Shown: piece by piece, positions 25,062 to 37,200 of the stretch
Numbering within the stretch: the first letter of the stretch is position 1
Layout of the letters: each line of letters starts with the position of its first letter
Source of the DNA: Mobula birostris
Lineage: Eukaryota
NCBI RefSeq assembly: GCF_030028105.1
Contig: NC_092383.1
Location: forward strand, 86,013,921 to 86,077,920
Length of the DNA: 64,000 nt
Reading direction: 5' to 3'
Notes under the pieces: model-generated
Seen by the model: the letters and a program-made list of their open reading frames with translations, nothing else
Told to the model about the DNA's origin: nothing
Database searches by the model: none
Translations under genes and position numbers: made by a program

Positions 25062-26413
25062 CTGAAATTATTTGACCCTGTTAAAAGAGTATGAAATTCA
25101 ATTTCATCTGCTTTGTACTTGCAAAACCAAAAGAGCAGAATTGTAAGACCAATAGGTACTTGAGCACGGTGGACCAAAGGTGATCTGTTATTTAATACAC
25201 TTTTAATGATTAAAGGTGAGATTTATTTGTTGCATGTATATCAGAACGTACACCACTTTTATGTTGTCCACTAATTCCCATCCTCTAACCCCAGTATGAC
25301 TTTGTGTGACAGAAACCTCAACCATTCTCAGAAGCTGTCATAAAATATTGATAACAATTTTCTATGTACGTATAGGATTTCTGTGATTCTCTTGTTGGAG
25401 GAAATCTTTCCACTCCGCCAGCGAGCACTCAGATATTTGAATAAAGCTTTTCATTTTTGAAACATTTGCTTAAACTGCACAGAGTAATAGATCTAAGTAT
25501 AAGAATGAAATGATGATCAATGTTCTCCTGTAATTGTCCCCAGTCCGGACCCTGCAGCCTGTGAAACATCCCTTTCAACATGAACTCCATCCATTCCTCA
25601 GGGAATACTTTATGCATTAAAGAGACCCCCTTCGAGCTTTTAGACCATCAAGCACAGCTTTCAAAAGAAATTTGTGAACCTATTAGATCCAAGGAAATGT
25701 GCCATGTTCAGTAAAAGCAGCAATGCTGAGTATTAGAAGTATTTTAGAAGTTAAAAGAAAACAAAGTAATTGATTAAAACACTGAAAATATAGAAAGTGA
25801 GCAAGTTTGCCAGAAACATATGTACCTATGTGAAAACTTCAATACGTATGTGAACAGAAGGTTAATTAAAACAAATATAGGATATCTAACAGACAGAAAT
25901 GGGGAAATTTATAATGGGTACAAAGAAACACAAGACCAATTCAATACATTGGTTTTGGTTTTGTCCTTCTTCACCGCATTTCCTGATACCAATGTCAGGT
26001 TAATTGATCTGTAATTTCTTCTTTTCTCTCCACCTCCTTTTAAAAATAGAGTAGTGATCTTCTCTCCAATCCATTGGAATTAAAAAGGACCAGCAATGCA
26101 TCTATATTTTCCTAATGCCAATTCCTTATGTTATCTGGGATGTAGAGTATCAGAACCTGGAGATTTATTGGTTTTCTCCCACATCAGTATTCCCAACACC
26201 TTTCCACTATTATTGGTGATTACCTGCTTTCTGCCTTTCAATAAACCCTGTGATGTCCAGTATTTCTGGGAGATAATTCTTTCCCATATTTTTTTGATCT
26301 CTCTACCTCTGAGAAAAATAACTAAATCTTTCGTGAATACAGGGTTCACCACTTTCTGAGAGAAGAAGTCTTCCCTATTCCCAGTCTTAAATGGCTCACC
26401 CTTATAGATTATT

Positions 26414-29400
26414 TTTTTCTTTTTCAATATTTGTATTGATTTCTTACATAAAAGAATACAGAGTACAGGAGGATATATATTATATCAATTGCAATATATT
26501 TAATCAGACTTATAGTCTCATTACCCCGTATTCATGTAAATTAAATTAAATTATAATATTGAAAAGTAATAATTTTATTATACAAAAAAACCTAAACACA
26601 CTACCAAGAAAAGCTGTTTGGTAAAGAAAAAAAAAAGGGAAAAAATCCTTATCATATATAAAACATATTATTAGCCAACATCTGTACATAATAACAAGTC
26701 AAAGGTTTTGAAAATAATTCAAAAAGGGTCCCCACAATGTTAGAAAGTCTTGTCTAGATTCAGAAATTGAACAACGAACCTTCTCTAAATTTAGGCATGA
26801 CATAACATCACTTAACCATTGAGCGTGAGTAGGTGGAGCAACATCCTTCCACTTAAGCAACAATACCCTCCCAGCTATAAGAGAAATAAAAGCCAAAATG
26901 TGCAAATCAGGTGTCTCCAAGATGATATATTTTCCTCCAAATAAGTCAGTCAGAAAGTTAGTAAAAATGGGACTTGAAAGAGAAAATCTCAATAAACCAA
27001 AATATTTTCTAAATTGTACCTATCAGTTAGTTTACTTAAAAATAAAGGAATTGAGGATCCAAGAAGAGAAATTATAGAAAATTTATTAACAGAGGTAGCT
27101 TCTAAAGAAACCCAAACCGAACAGTCCTCTGGGTTAACATAATATGACCAAAATGTGAGGTTCCGTATATTGACTGCCCAGTAATAAAACCTAAAATTTG
27201 GGAAAGCTAAACCTCCATTCTTTTTAGCTTTTTGAAGATGAACTTTATTTAGTTAAGAAAGTTTATTTTTCCATATATATGAAGATATGTAGAATCAAAA
27301 GAATCAAAGAAGGATTTAGGAATAAAAATGGATAAGGCCTGAAAAAGATAAAAATTTAGGCAAGATATTCATTTTAATAGAATTAGTTTGGCCAATCAAC
27401 AATAATGAAAGGGGCGACCATTTTGATAGTGCCCTTTTTATATAATTCAGTAGGGTAAAAAAATTTGCTTTAAATAAATATTTATAGTTCCTAGTAATTG
27501 TTACAGCTAAATAAGTAAATTGAATTTTTACAAATTCAAAAGGAAGATTAGTATTAATTGATACCAAATTATTCAAAGGAAAATGTTCACTTTTATGAAA
27601 GTTTAATTTATATCCTGAAAACTGACCAAAGCAGGAGAGCAAGGAAAGCACGGAAGGTACTGAAGTCTCAGCATTAGAAATATAAAGCAATAGATTGTCA
27701 GCATAAAGCAAAACTTTGTGAATAGTACCTCTCCTTAAAATACCAGTGATATGATTAGATTCTCGAAAAGCAATAGCTAAGGGTTCTAAGGCCAGATCAA
27801 AAAGCAAAGGGCTCAAAGGACAACCTTCCATGTTCCATGTTGAAGTTTAAATGTTTTGGAATTCTGAGAGTTAGTAAGAACCCGAGCAGAGGGAAATAAA
27901 TAAAGTAACTGAATCCATCGAATAAAATCGGGCCCAAAATTAAATTTTTCTGAGGTTTTAAATAAATAATTCCATTCAACCTGATCAAAAGCTTTCTCAG
28001 CATCTAAGGATATTGTACATTCTGATATCTCTTTAGAAGAAGAATAAATAACATTTAATAAACGACGAATCGACCTTCCCCGAGTGCAATGAGCATACAG
28101 CCTCGGCAATTTCCTCATAAGAAATAGGTAGATCAAACTGTTTTCGGTTATCATCAGAAAGTGTAGGGATGTTTAATTGATCTAAGAAATTATTCATTAC
28201 AGTATTATCTTTAGAAAGATCAGAACTATAAAGTTTAGAATAAAATTCTCTAAAGCTATCATTTATATCTAAATGATAAGTTGTCCTATCACCATTAGCT
28301 TTACGAATTTCTTTAATTTGCCATTTAGCTATAAATGTTTTTAATTGATTAGCCAATAATTTACCTGTTTTGCCTCCATGAATATAAAATTGACTTTTAT
28401 CTTTTAGGAGTTGAGTTTCAATTGGCTATGTTAAAAGAAGATCATATTTAGTTTAAATTTCAACACGCCTTTGATATAAAGCAGGTTCTGGAGCCAAGGC
28501 GTATTTATGATCTAATTGTTTCAACTGATTAGCTACTTCAATTCTCTCTTTATTAGCTTTTTGCTTAACATTTGCAGTACAAAAAATAATTTGTCCTCTA
28601 ATATAAACCTTAAGAGCATCCCATATAATAAGACTAGAAGTCTTTTCCCGCGTATTCTCTTCAAAAAAAGAGTAATTTGTCTCTCCAATTTTTTTTTAAA
28701 ATCCTTATCTGATAGCAAAGTTAGATTAAAATGCCAAAATCTGTTTATTTGAGGGAGACGAGGGAGATTGAAAGATAAAAACACAGGAGCATGATCTGAG
28801 ACAGCAATCTCTTTATATTCACAGCATCAAACTGATGGAATCATTTGGCAATCAATAAAAAAAAATAATCAATCCTGGAATACGTATGTTGGATATGGGA
28901 AAAAAATGAGTACTCCTTATCTATTGGATGTAAGAAATGCCAGACATCAATAATATCATATGTCATTAGAAAAGATTGAATAAACAAGGCTGATTTACTA
29001 AGTGTCGCTGGTTTGGAAGATGATCGATCTAAAACTGGGTCTAACCAGCAGTTAAAATCTCCGCTCAAGACCAGTGGGTAAAGACTTAAATCTGGCAAAG
29101 GCAAAAAAAAAACACTCAAAAAACCCTGGATCATCTATATTCGGGACATATACCTTAGCAAGTGCCATTAATTTATTATCTAATTTTCCTGATACTATAA
29201 CCAAATGCCCATTGGTACTTTATGTTGAACAAAAGAAACTGTATCTATAAAAATCAAAATCCCCTCGACTTATCCTGAAAGTAGGAATGAAATTGTTATT
29301 TTTTCCAATGACTAAAGATGCATAAGTTGTCATATTTACGAACATGAGTTTCTTGTAAAAAAATAATTGGGACCTTAAATTTTTTAATGTAGGTAAATAT

Positions 29401-30880
29401 CTCATTCCGTTTTACGGGGTAGTTTAATCCATTTACGTTAAAACTAAGTAAATTAATAGTATGATCCATTCTTAATACTACTTAAAGGAAAGGTTAGAAT
29501 AGTAACCACTGGAATGTATATTAAATCCAAACAATGAACTTTGAGATAGGGTAACCAGGCAACAAGTGTGGCTAAGTGACCAAAACAGCTTACAGAAAAG
29601 AAAACACCCCGCCTCCCACCCAAAGTCAAAAAGCCGACCAATAGACAGTCGACAGCTAAACCTAATGACATTACTTCCCAAAAGTATAGGTCCAAATAAT
29701 TTTCCAAGATTAACTGCATTCCAACCTAGACAACTCATGAGACAAAGCAACTAAACCTTATTGAAAGGAAAAACCTCAAAAATGTATAATATATAATATT
29801 AAAAAAAACTATCAAAGTTCAAAACATATTAACACTCAAGGTATTATCTCATTAAAATCTTATTTTTTAAGTAAAGCATTGAAGAGTTCAAAAAGAGAGT
29901 TAGCTGCAAAGGTATACCAAAAGTAAAAGAAGCAATTATTCATGTAGGAAGATATTAAACAGTTAGTCTCCTGATTCTAAAAAACTCTTGAGCTTCTTGT
30001 ATTGAACGGAGCCATTTCTGAGAACCATTCCTCAAAATAATTCTGAGCCGAGCAGGGTAACAGAGAGATGGCTAGAAACCTTTGTTATACAGTTCCGACA
30101 TAACCTGTTTAAACTTGAAGTGCTCATTCACCACCTCAGGTGAAAAATCCTCGACAATTCTGATCTTCTGACCGTTGTAATCAATCATACCTCTTCAATG
30201 GAATTCACGAATTAAAAGTTCTTTTGTTTGAAAATCATGAAACAGATTATCACTGGTCGGGGTCTCTCTCCCTCGACAGGTCTGGGCACGGGTGATCTAT
30301 GGGTTTGATCAATTTAAGGTGGAGATTTTAAAATTTTAGGAAATAATTTTGCCAAGAAGTTTGCAAAGAATTCCATAGGCTGATTACCTTCCATTAACTC
30401 TTCAAGACCCAGAATTCGTAGATTATTTCTTCTACTTCTGTTTTCTAAGTTGATAATCTTCTGTCTTAATTTTTCATTAGACTTTGACTGTTTTTCACAA
30501 AGCTGTTGCAGGTCTTCAATTTTCGCATCTAAAATCGTCAGAGTATCTTCATTCTTCTGTAATCGTTTATCATGTTCAATTAAGGTTTTTTGAATAGAGT
30601 CCAATTTTACATCAATTTGTTTAATTTCAGTGCTGAGGTGATGGAACTTCTGCTGGAACTCCTCTGAAAATACTTTTTTATGTTTCCGAAGTGTCTCCAT
30701 AATAGATCCCAAAGTTGCAGGAGAGTCCTCTTCTTTTTTACCTTTGGCACCCCTCATAATAAAACAATGTTATGTTTTCAAGTAAGATTTCAAAACAGCT
30801 TGGAAACAGCAAAGTAAGTAATATAGGAGCAGACACAAAAAGCTGTTACAGTACTCCATCAACAATCAGTAGGCATCTCC
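26414..30880 (-). mobile_element. L1-clade LINE, near full length (5'UTR, ORF1, internally deleted ORF2), inserted into an older CR1 fragment
   Basis: ORF1 coiled coil ...INLENRSRRNNLRILGLEE; APE (LSGDFNCWLDPVLDRSS, TYSRIDYF); RT (ISLDAEKAFDQVEW, GCPLSPLLF, LYADN); candidate TSD agattatt at 26406-26413 and 30881-30888; CR1 sequence continues on both sides. Confidence 0.9.
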
Positions 30881-31129
30881 AGATTATTCTAAGACTCCAT
30901 GCCTATCCTGTATTCCCTGGCATTGGAAGCATCCTATCTACACCAGTATCACCCTGTTAAAATATTGCACATTTCTATGACATCACCTCTCAGCCTTCTA
31001 AACTCCAGTAAATAAAAACCTTATCAACCAAATCTCTGATCTAATGTCACTTGTTCCTTTGCTCACCTCCTTCCATAACAAGAACATCTTTCATCGGACC
31101 AAATCGTGCACACAATATTGGTGGCCCGA

Positions 31130-31650
31130 GAGTGAGGATCAAGTTAGTGTCTGACCGATTTAAACTTCAGGCCTGAGTGGAAATATTGGGTACGAGCCGA
31201 ATTAAGTCGGCGGGTCCCGAGCATGAGAGCATATCGAAGCAGTAGGGCCTGAGTGTGAGTGTGAGGAATGACTTTCTGTTTGGCTGGTTAAAGCACTGGA
31301 CCAGATTGAAAAGTTCAGGGTGTCAGGGCTGGACAAGAAGGACGGGCTGATGTGAGGCTAACTGTTCCACAAGGTTTAGTCATCACTGCGCTGAGCTGAA
31401 GCTGTGGCCGGCAACTAACGGGCTCCTAGATCAGCTTGCTTGGCTTCATGGCTGTGGACTTCAGTCCTGAATGTTATTTGCTTACTATTAGTATTTGATT
31501 GATTAGTATTTTTTCTGCACATTGAGTGTTTGATATTCTTTTTTTGATAGGTTCTATTAGGTTTCTTTGTGTTATGGCTGCCCGTAAGGAGACGAATTTC
31601 AAGGTTGTATACGGTACAGATACTTTAATAATAAATACACTTTGAAATTT
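31130..31650 (+). mobile_element. SINE-like repeat with Rex1/L2-type tail
   Basis: 3' end ...aaggagacgaatttcaaggttgtatacggtacagatactttaataataaat resembles the tail at 32640-32700. Confidence 0.45.
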
Positions 31651-32022
31651 GTTCCCTGTATCATTGCAGTGTTTCATTCTTGTTCCTCTATGCGAATCTT
31701 CTCTCTGCAAGTCCGAATACAATTTGCATTCTTTATGCCTTGCTGCATCTGCAAGTTTACCTTCAGTGAAAGATGTACAAGGACACCCAAAACTCATTAT
31801 ATTCCTCCATTTTCTATTCTATTGCTATCCAGATAATTATCTATATTCCTGTTATTCCACAGTCTAAGTGTCACTAAATTTTTTACCCAAGTATTTTCAA
31901 TTCACTGAATTGGGGAAATAGACAGAATTCAACTCATCCAAGCCCCCAGTGGTTTAGTGGTTGAATGTTTCCAATTTAACCCTACCCTCTCCAATAATGT
32001 TTCTGTCCTTGAAACTGCTCAC

Positions 32023-32061
32023 CCATAGAATTCACTTGGGCTCAATCTTTCTTCGCTTTTG
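32023..32061 (-). CDS. Candidate stalk exon (39 nt, phase 2->2)
   Basis: tctccaag|C AAA AGC...TAT GG|gtgagc; KSEERLSPSEFY; phase-compatible with both neighbouring exons. Confidence 0.5.
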
Positions 32062-32269
32062 CTTGGAGACTCAGTGAATGAGAATACACAGTTCTTTTTT
32101 GTGTGTGGTCATATGTTGTTTTTAGGACACAGACATTCACGATCCATGTGATTTCTGTACTTTTCATCAAGATAAATCTCCTTTAATTTTATGACTCAGC
32201 CCATTTTCTATAAAATGCAGCACAGATAATTGTTTATAAATTCAGGCAGAGCAAATATGGATAAAAGTC

Positions 32270-32705
32270 TACAAAGAGCTCTGCCACGAGAAAACAGCAT
32301 CCATCATCAGGGACTGCTACCATCCAGGCCATGCTTTCTTCATGCTACTGCCACAACACCAGGTTCAGAAACAGTTATTACCCTTCAACAATCAGGCTCC
32401 TAAACCAGTGTGGATAACTTCACTCACTTCAACACTGAACCGATTCCACAAACTACGGACTCATTTGCAAGGACTCTACAACTTATGTTCTCAATATTAT
32501 TTATTTATTTACTTATTACTAATTTGTTTCTTTTGTATTTGCACAGTGTGTCATCTTTTGCACATTGGTTATTTGTCTATCTTCAATGTGTTGTTTTTCA
32601 TTGATTCTGTTTTATTTATTTGTATCTACTTGAATGCTTGCAAGAAAATGAATCTCAGGGTAGTGTATGGTGACACATGTGTACTTTGATATAAATTTAC
32701 TTTGA
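32270..32705 (+). mobile_element. Rex1-like 3' end
   Basis: aaaacagcatccatcatcagggac...catccaggccatgct; tail aatctcagggtagtgtatggtgaca..tgtactttgat. Confidence 0.65.
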
Positions 32706-32833
32706 ATTTTGAGTGATTTTTTCTTGGAAGGACTGCCTTAACAAATGGCCAGAAATATTAGCAGCTGTGACACATTCACAGTCAGCCAGCGAAAGAAGAT
32801 CAGAGGCAGGAGACACTGTGGTGAGCGACTCAC

Positions 32834-32900
32834 ATTTGAACTGCTGCGCTGAAAGGCTTTTCATTCTCTGAAAGGTGGTGACAACATACACTCCTTGCTC
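32834..32900 (-). CDS. Linker/stalk exon (67 nt, phase 1->2)
   Basis: cttcactcag|GA GCA...CAA AT|gtgagt; (G)ARSVCCHHLSENEKPFSAAVQ. Confidence 0.6.
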
Positions 32901-32996
32901 CTGAGTGAAGTTCCAACAACACAATATCCAGCACACATCAGTCATTCAGTTGTACTCCATCAACCATTACAAAGAATCAAACCCTCCAGCACTTAC

Positions 32997-33319
32997 CTAT
33001 GCTGTTGACTTCAATCACATCTCTGCAGGTGCTGACACTGTTGGAGATGGACACACTGACCACTTCACTGGACTTTTCTCCTTTTCCATTAACATTTGAG
33101 GCTTTGCAATAATACATTATTTTATGGATTGACAATGTAGATCCAGATTATTGGTATCAGATGTATTTAAATCCACAGATGGGGTCTTTTCATCACTTGA
33201 GTACTGAATGGGAAGGGAGACATGGGCAGACCCACAGGACGCTGACACGGAGTCCCCACAACTTGAGCCGCTTTTTGGTGGTGAAAATCAAAGCAAAGGA
33301 ACAGACATAGAACAAGGTT
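32997..33319 (-). pseudogene. Disabled C2-type Ig exon (paralog of 39076-39396)
   Basis: cccgtag|AA CCT...ATA G|gtaagt; SVPLL*FSPP (TGA where the paralog has CGA), DSVSASC...SLPIQY...DTNNLDLHCQSIK, then a frameshift before MYYCKASN. Confidence 0.85.
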
Positions 33320-33779
33320 CTACGGGCAAAAATCAGCAAACTTCTAATACCAAACACACTGAAGGTTTCAGTAGTTTTGTATCTCAGCCAGAACCCACAA
33401 GTTTGGATTCTCAGCAGCGCATCTGCTCCACTGTATCTCTGCATCCTCGCATCTGACTGATCTTCCATGTCTGTCAGTATCCCTGAAAACAGCAGGATTC
33501 CTGATCAGAACAACAGTGGTGACACTGAGTGAAAATCTGGGCTTCAGTCTCTCTCAGCAGCAAGGAGACAGTCTTAAATGATACCTAATAATGTGACTTT
33601 GGAATGGCAACATTGTGTGTGTGTCCTGGAAAACTCACCATAATTTTAAAGCAGGAAATTGTCAGACGTACAAAATGAATAGTGACTTTAAGGAGAGAAT
33701 ATAATTGTGGTTTGGTTTCAGTGACCTACAGCAGCAAGGGAACCCATTAGTAATGATAGCTATATGAAGACAACAAGGA

Positions 33780-34920
33780 ATCATGTGAGATCATAGACCA
33801 TAATACCATGAAACTTAGGAGCAGAATTAGGCCATTCTGTCCATTGACTCTGCTCCACCATTCCATCATGGCTGAATTATTATCCCTCCAAATCTATTCT
33901 CCTGCCTTCTCCCTGTATCCTTTGATGTCCTCACTAATCAAGAACCTATGAAATCCCGTTTTAAATATACCCAATGAATGACAGCTGACAGCTCATTCCT
34001 CACTCTTAAATTCCTCAGATTGAAGAGGTTTCCCCTCATACTTCCCTTAAACCTTTCACCTTTTACTTTTAACCCATAACCTCTGGTTGTTGTCCCACCC
34101 AACCTCAGTGGAAAAACCCTGTTTCCATTTGCCCTTTCTATACCCCTCATAATTTTGTGCACTCTATCAAATGCCCTCTCAAACTTCTATGTTGTAAGTA
34201 ATACAGGCATAACCTAGTCACTCTTTCCTGATAGCTAAGCTCCTCTAGAACTGGCAACATACTTGTAAAGTTTGTCTGTATTACATCTCTCCTGCAGGTA
34301 GGTGACCAAAACTGCACAAAATACTTCAAGTTTGGCCTCAGCAACATGTTATACACCTTCAACATAACATCCCATCTCTCTTGTACTCAGTACATTAACT
34401 TATGAAGGTCAATGTGCCGAAAGCTTTCTTTACGACCCTATCTAACTGTTACACCACTTACAAAAATTATAGACCAGACTTCACGTTGATCTACCACACT
34501 CCTCAGTGCCCTACCATTCGCTGTGTAAGACCTACCCTGGTTGGTCCTACCAAAGTGCAAAACCTCACTCTTGTCTGTATTGACCTCCATTTGTCATTTT
34601 TCAGCCTATTTTACAATCTATTGTAGATCGCTCTGCAAGCCATGATTGGATTCCTCACTGTGGAATACACACACAATCTTGGTGTCATCTGGAAATTTGC
34701 TGATCCAGTTTACCACATTTACATCCAGATCATTGATACAGATGCAAACAACAACAGACCCAGCACCAATCCCTGCGCTAAGCATCACTGTTGCCAAGAA
34801 TATTTTAATTATGTCTGCCAGGGCCCCAGTAATTTCTGCACTTGCCTCCTGTGAGGTCCGAGATAACATGTTAGCAGGCCTTGCGGATGTATTCACACTG
34901 ATTTTCCTGAGGATATCTAA
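33780..34920 (-). mobile_element. Old CR1 3' fragments
   Basis: INDLDVNVVNWISKFPDDTKI; YNMLLRPNLKYFVQFWSP; RGYGLKVKGERFKG. Confidence 0.8.
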
Positions 34921-35174
34921 CACCTCCTCCTTTAACAGGGTGGCGTTTCTTGGAGTTCAGAAGCAGGAAAATATACTGAGCCTTACACTGGAAATCAGTA
35001 TCCCAACAGTGGATGAGACAATTATGAGTGAGGTATCCTCAGCTTTGCCCACTCGCTGCAGGGCTCTGCACTGCTGTGGAGCCTCAGGATATTCCTGCTG
35101 CCCTGACTCTTCCCAGAGAAAACCTGAATCAGACATTTCAGTGGAGACATCAAGTCAATCAATGAGAAACCTAC

Positions 35175-35495
35175 CGTCAGATACTTGGAGATGCACATCA
35201 AACGCTGGATCATTGCCAGATGTTGTAATTCCACATCTGTAATGTCCTGTATCATTAGAGACAAGATTCTCCATAGTAACAGTAAATATTCCCTGGGATG
35301 TGTTATCTCTGATTGTCATTCTTCCATACTGCTCAGTTGTCCCATTTGTATCCACTAATGATGTGCATTGGTGATCCCACATGCGGCACAAATACTTTGT
35401 GTGTGAACGGTACATTGGTGCACAGTGACAATCGATTGTGACCGCTCTTCCCACAACTCCTCTTACTTTATCTTCTGCCCATAAAGCACCTGAAA
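35175..35495 (-). CDS. Ig V-set exon V2 (CD300/pIgR-like), 321 nt, phase 1->1
   Basis: ttttccctcag|TT TCA GGT...GAC G|gtaggt; SGALWAEDKVRGVVGRAVTIDC...KYLC...C...GIFTVTMENL..NDTGHYRCG. Confidence 0.92.
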
Positions 35496-35999
35496 CTGAG
35501 GGAAAAGATCTTCAGAAAATGGACAGGTAAAATAAAATTTACAAAAGCAGATTCCAGTTTCAAGATTGTTTTATGTCATTTCCTGTACGAACGTGTAAAC
35601 TAGAATAAAATTATTGTTATGCTGGATCTAAGTGCAGCAGAAAAAACACAAAAGATAACGAATACAATTATAATAACTAAAGATGTTTTATTTACAATAA
35701 ACATTGTGTTCTAAGGAATCTGCCACAGTGTCAATTGGTGTAATTGAATTCCGCATTGACTGAGAAGACGACACCATCGTCCCTCATCACGTGCTAACAT
35801 CTCTTCACAAGTAATGATTTTTATTTGATTGGAGTCATCATTGTCACTGCCCACTAATGTCCCAGTGTGCTTCCACATTTCTGAGTCAATAGATTACTGA
35901 TCCAGTCCCATTCCAGGCAGGTGAGCATAAGATCAGTGGCGGGGTGGGGGGGGGGTGGTAACATTCTGGAGGCAATTGCGAGAGACAGGATCTACCTGA

Positions 36000-37200
36000 A
36001 TTTGCAAAGGCAAGATCTGATTTGGGATAGTCAACATGATCTTGTGCATGGGAAATCCTCTCCCAAAAATATTTGACTGAGTTTTTTTTGAAAAATGATC
36101 AAAGGAACTGATGACGACAAGACCTTAGAGTTTAGCAGTTTTGTTTAGCAAGGCTTATGATCATACCTTGCATAGCAGACTGATCTGCAATGTGAGATCA
36201 CATGGTAACCTAGCTGGATGGATATTGAATAGGCTTGGTGGAAGGAGTCAGATTGTGGTCGTAGAGTATTGGTTTTCTGACAACATCAGACTTGATCATC
36301 AGTGGTATGCCATTGGGATCGGTGATTGATTTGTTAACCACTCTTAATTGTCATCAATATTAATAATTTGCAATGAATATGGAGGTAGCATGATTAATAA
36401 GTTATGGATAACACTGCAGTGTGGTGGACAGTGGAAAGAGTTTTGTAAATTTACATAAGGATCTTGAAAATGAGCCGGTGTTCAGCCCCATTACTCAGTG
36501 CCAGCAAGCTGCCCCTACCTGAGCCTATATGGTCTGCTTGCATTTGACCCGTCTCCCTCTCCTCTCGGTACTACCATCAGGTGGAAGGTGCAGGAGCCTT
36601 GGGGCCCACACCACAGGGTTTGTAAACAGTTGTCCTGCAGCTATCAGGCTCCCGGATTGGTTTCACTTGGCTCAGCACTGAACTGACTCTGCAGCTGTGG
36701 ACTCACTTTCAGAGACTCTGCCTCTCATGTTCTATGTATTATTTGTTTACGTATTTTTATTATTTGCATGATTCATCATCTTTTGCACATTGGCTTTTTG
36801 TCAGTCTTTGTTGTGTGTGGTTTTACATGGATTATATTGTGTTACTTTGTTTTGTGGACAAAGGTGCGGTGGATAATCACTGTCTTTATCCCAGGGTGGG
36901 GGAGTCGAAAATGAGAGACCCTTGGCTTAAGGAGTGAAGGGAAATTCTTAGAGAGCCTGGAGGGGCAGTGTTTTACACAGAGCAGTGTGTGCATGGAAAA
37001 GGCTGCCAGAGGAAGTGCTAGAGATGGTTACAAATACACTATATAATACACATTTGGACAAGTCCATATGTAGGAAAGTTTTAGAAGGAAACCAGCCAAA
37101 TGCAGGGAAATGGGAGAAGCTCAGGAAGACACTGTGGTCAGCATGGACGATTTGGGGTGAAGCTGCTGTTTCCATAACCTATAACTCTCTGACTCTGCAG
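36000..37200 (+). mobile_element. Degenerate CR1 fragments interrupted by a SINE-like repeat
   Basis: FSKAYDHTLHSRL; LAGWILNRLGGRSQIVVVE; 3'UTR-like end ...ataactctctgactct. Confidence 0.6.

Noticed and set aside
33208-33456. Plus-strand Ser/Thr/Gln-rich ORF as a mucin-like stalk
   Set aside because: Wrong strand; it overlaps the disabled C2 exon and its intron in antisense.
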